A stretch of 63,192 nt of DNA, counting the filler, from Olpidium bornovanus S191 (lineage: Eukaryota > Fungi > Olpidiomycota), in the NCBI GenBank assembly GCA_017911155.1. It is 29 parts of 29 records of this genome, joined end to end, with 100 filler letters (N's around TTAATTAATTAA, not from the genome) between each part and the next. Parts side by side here need not be neighbours in the genome. Positions count along the whole stretch, not along the records: positions 59,138 to 63,192 come from JAEFCI010006863.1; 28 more parts are not named here. One strand, given 5' to 3'. The stretch's first letter is position 1. Each line of letters begins with the position of its first letter. A program made the translations under genes and the position numbers. The notes under the pieces were generated by a model. That model worked only from the letters and a program-made list of their open reading frames with translations, was not told the DNA's origin and searched no databases. Of this stretch, positions 60,738 to 63,192 are shown piece by piece.

Positions 60738-63032
60738 CTACAGCTCGCCGATCGTAATTCGAACATGCGCATGGCCTATCGGCTCGGTGATAGTACCGTT
60801 GAGGCCTTGGATCTTTGTTACAGGCCCTCGGATCGGATATTTTCGCAAGTGTTTCTTCCAATAGGTGAAGTCTACACAGTCACCCTGGGACGCCGTATCA
60901 AGTAATCCCGTATGCATTTGGCCATCGATTGTAAGTGGTGCATATGCCTTCTTTTTCGGCCGCTGTCTCAGTTCGAGTATCTCGAACCCTTCTTCATCAA
61001 ACTCATCCGTTCCATCGGTCGCTACTGGCTCCGTACTGGAGGCCGCTACCTTTATGTGTGTGCTTGATACTTGCACCGCCGTCCGTCCCGGGGGCGTACG
61101 CGCATCAAATTTGACAGGTACTTCATTGTCAACATAATAGAAAGGTAGTTTTCTTTGGTTTGGATAAAACGTCGCTGCCCGCGTAGTCGGGACATGTGCC
61201 GTCTGCGTTAACCGCTTGATAAACTCTGCGCGCTTCGCACCATCTCCGGATATCCGGACGACCATTGTCTCTGCCCATGGGGGTACTCCCACACCGATAT
61301 CATTTGTCGTTCCCGGCAAGAACAAGTCCTTGCTGTGCGGCAGCAACCGCGGATAGTCGCAACTCAGCCACAACAGGTGTTTGTACCATGACGCGCTCTT
61401 CCATACCGGTGCTACTACCGTCATTGTTACTTGCTCTAACAATGCCTTGTCAATTATTTTCCAGAACGTTGGCTCGTCAAAGGGTGGGTTAGCCCACGCA
61501 TTCTCGTTCGACCACCGGTGCGCAAAGGCATTATAGCCGGTTGCCTCCACATCGCTACGCGTGTGAGTGTATCGCCGTGGTACGTGTCCGTTATTCGGAT
61601 CTGAGAAAAGGTCAATGGTATGTGGATCCCACAATTTCTCGCACGTTTGGCACCATTGCGGGTTCAACTTCCAATCATTCTTGTCCTGCTGCGTTACTGC
61701 CGGGTGCGTGCACGCATGACCAACCTGCCTTGCGGCTATGCCAGTTGATCCAAACCCGTTCGACCCTCTGGCCGTGTCTGCGTCTACTACGCCAGTATCA
61801 TCCGCTGCTTGAAGAGTAATCTTCGGGATTGCTTGCACAACAAGCTGCGCCAGTCTATCGCCGGCCTTGAAGAAGAATTCCTTCCGAGAACTTTTCATAG
61901 CGATAATTGCCAGCTCGCCCCAGTAGTCGGAGTCGATCAAGCCCGGGTGTACATCGATACTTTGCAAGGCTAGTCCGCTTTGACCCATAATTTTGCCTGC
62001 ATATCCGCCGGGGATTGCTAATGACAGTCCCGTATTAATCTTCCTCCGTTCGCCTGGCGGGATAGATCCGCTCTCGCACATGTGCAAGTCTAGACTCGAC
62101 GCTCCTTCTGTTGCGCGTTCCGGCCATTGCGCCCACGTTTGCACTCTTCGCATGTGGACGGTAGTGTCCTCGGTCGCCCACCTTTGCCATTTGTCGATAT
62201 TGAGAGCGGACGCATACGTTGCTGCCCCTTGCACTCTCTCGAGCGCCGCCATGAACAGAATACTTCCTGCATTGAACGTAACCGTTCTCTTCTTCATTTT
62301 GTTGCGGAGGCGTATTGCCTCGTCGCCTGGTGCAAATGGCTCTACGACCTCGACGCGATGATGTCCCGGTATTACAACAAGTTGATACTGCTCGTTTGGT
62401 ATTCTTACATTCAAGGGCACCGGGATACTCGCGGCTTTGCCCGGTTGGAGGGTAACCGTCCAAATTGCCTGGACGTCTACGACGTCGTCGCACTGTATGA
62501 CCAACTTGCCCTTTTGCCACTCCGGCTTCCGATATTGGAACGCAATGACAGGTGCGAATACGTCGCTCGTTTGCGGACGTGATTGCAGACGCAATTCTGA
62601 TTTTTCTTCCGGACGCGATTCCGGCCGCGATTTTACTTCCGCTGGAATCAAAGGGACTACGTCCCCCCTCGCTTCTTGCCCAACCGGTCGCCGCCCCTGC
62701 TGGTACTCCAGCTTCCCGAGGGCTAGTTCTCGGCTCCGTGTTCCTAATCGCAAGGCATTAACGCTCGTCACATTTCCCGTCGTTTTCCCGACCTGGTTCA
62801 CACCGTGAACCGCGTCGGGTGGCGCAATAGTGCTGCCTGGTGGAAACTCTGGTGGAAATCTACATGTGGCCACTGTTGTGGTGTGTGTGGTTCCGGTGAA
62901 GGCTCTTCCGTTTATTAGAAGGGGGGGCACCAGGGGTTTACGTACGGGGCCCACTCGATTGGAGCCCAACAGTAAGGAGAAGCGGGCGGTACATCGAGCT
63001 CGAGCGGGGGTATCGAAGTCGGGCAAGAGCAT
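60738..63032 (-). mobile_element. Retroelement polyprotein fragment: degenerate dUTPase-like domain, dUTPase, Dam-type N6-adenine DNA methyltransferase, retropepsin-like protease
   Basis: One intronless 764-codon ORF. dUTPase at about 62110-61741 (SLDL, GQSG, GLIDSDYWG, GDRLAQ, RGSNGFGSTG). MTase at about 61680-61245 (DWKLNP, TIDLFS, AWANPPF, VVAPVWKSASWY). Protease at about 60950-60738 (LTIDGQMHTGLLDTASQGDCV...IQGLNG). Confidence 0.92.
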
Positions 63033-63033
63033 T

Positions 63034-63157
63034 GGGATCGAGCGAGGGCTCTGAGGCCGAGCGAGAGGTCCCGGGATCGAACGGAAGCGTCGAGAGCGAA
63101 CGGGAAGCCTTGGGATCGAGCGGGAGGCATCGAGATCGAATGGAGGGCATCGAGATC
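63034..63157. repeat. Degenerate 39-bp tandem repeat (GGGATCGA-anchored), 3 or more copies, upstream of the retroelement ORF
   Basis: GGGATCGA occurs at 63034, 63073 and 63112. The minus strand is Arg/Ser/Pro-rich, as expected for a gag tail. Confidence 0.7.
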
Positions 63158-63192
63158 AAGCGGTACATCGATGGAAAGGCGGTGCGTTGGGC

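Noticed and set aside
60738-63032. Classifying the MTase ORF as an ordinary DIRS element or as a host dUTPase gene
   Set aside because: The MTase is preceded by dUTPase rather than RT-RNase H and followed by a protease, which DIRS elements lack. The ORF is an intronless polyprotein, unlike the intron-rich host genes here.

Overview
This window is not a continuous locus. It is 29 short contigs (about 1-4 kb each) joined by 28 identical 100-nt artificial spacers (N44-TTAATTAATTAA-N44), so adjacency across spacers carries no biological meaning. The DNA is eukaryotic: GC-rich exons, GT-AG introns with CTAAC/CTGAC branch points, and long homopolymer tracts. Gene content points to a flagellated early-diverging fungus (inference): fungal-type histone H3, Ilv1, Hom6, UreG, Yak1 and GH5_12, together with the ciliary transition-zone protein B9D1, CC2D1/Lgd and DCAF12. 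An Olpidium- or chytrid-like draft genome would fit, but this is unverified. Spliced by eye: Yak1-like kinase (5' part), CC2D1/Lgd, Nxt1 (complete), EI24, a UBE3C/Hul5-like HECT ligase, an RGS protein with six KLxxFFG repeats, Ilv1, B9D1, a CBM2-like membrane protein, a secreted 33-aa-repeat protein, histone H3 (complete), DCAF12, a C1-Pex24/DysF fusion (complete), UreG with a 10-nt microexon, Hom6, and a GH5_12 enzyme ending in a CaaX box. Also present are tRNA-Leu(TAA), three Ty1/copia remnants and one Ty3/gypsy remnant. The most unusual element is a 764-codon retroelement ORF (60738-63032, minus) reading degenerate dUTPase-like domain, dUTPase, Dam-type N6-adenine methyltransferase, retropepsin. 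That order matches neither DIRS nor standard LTR elements. No CRISPR array or rRNA was seen.
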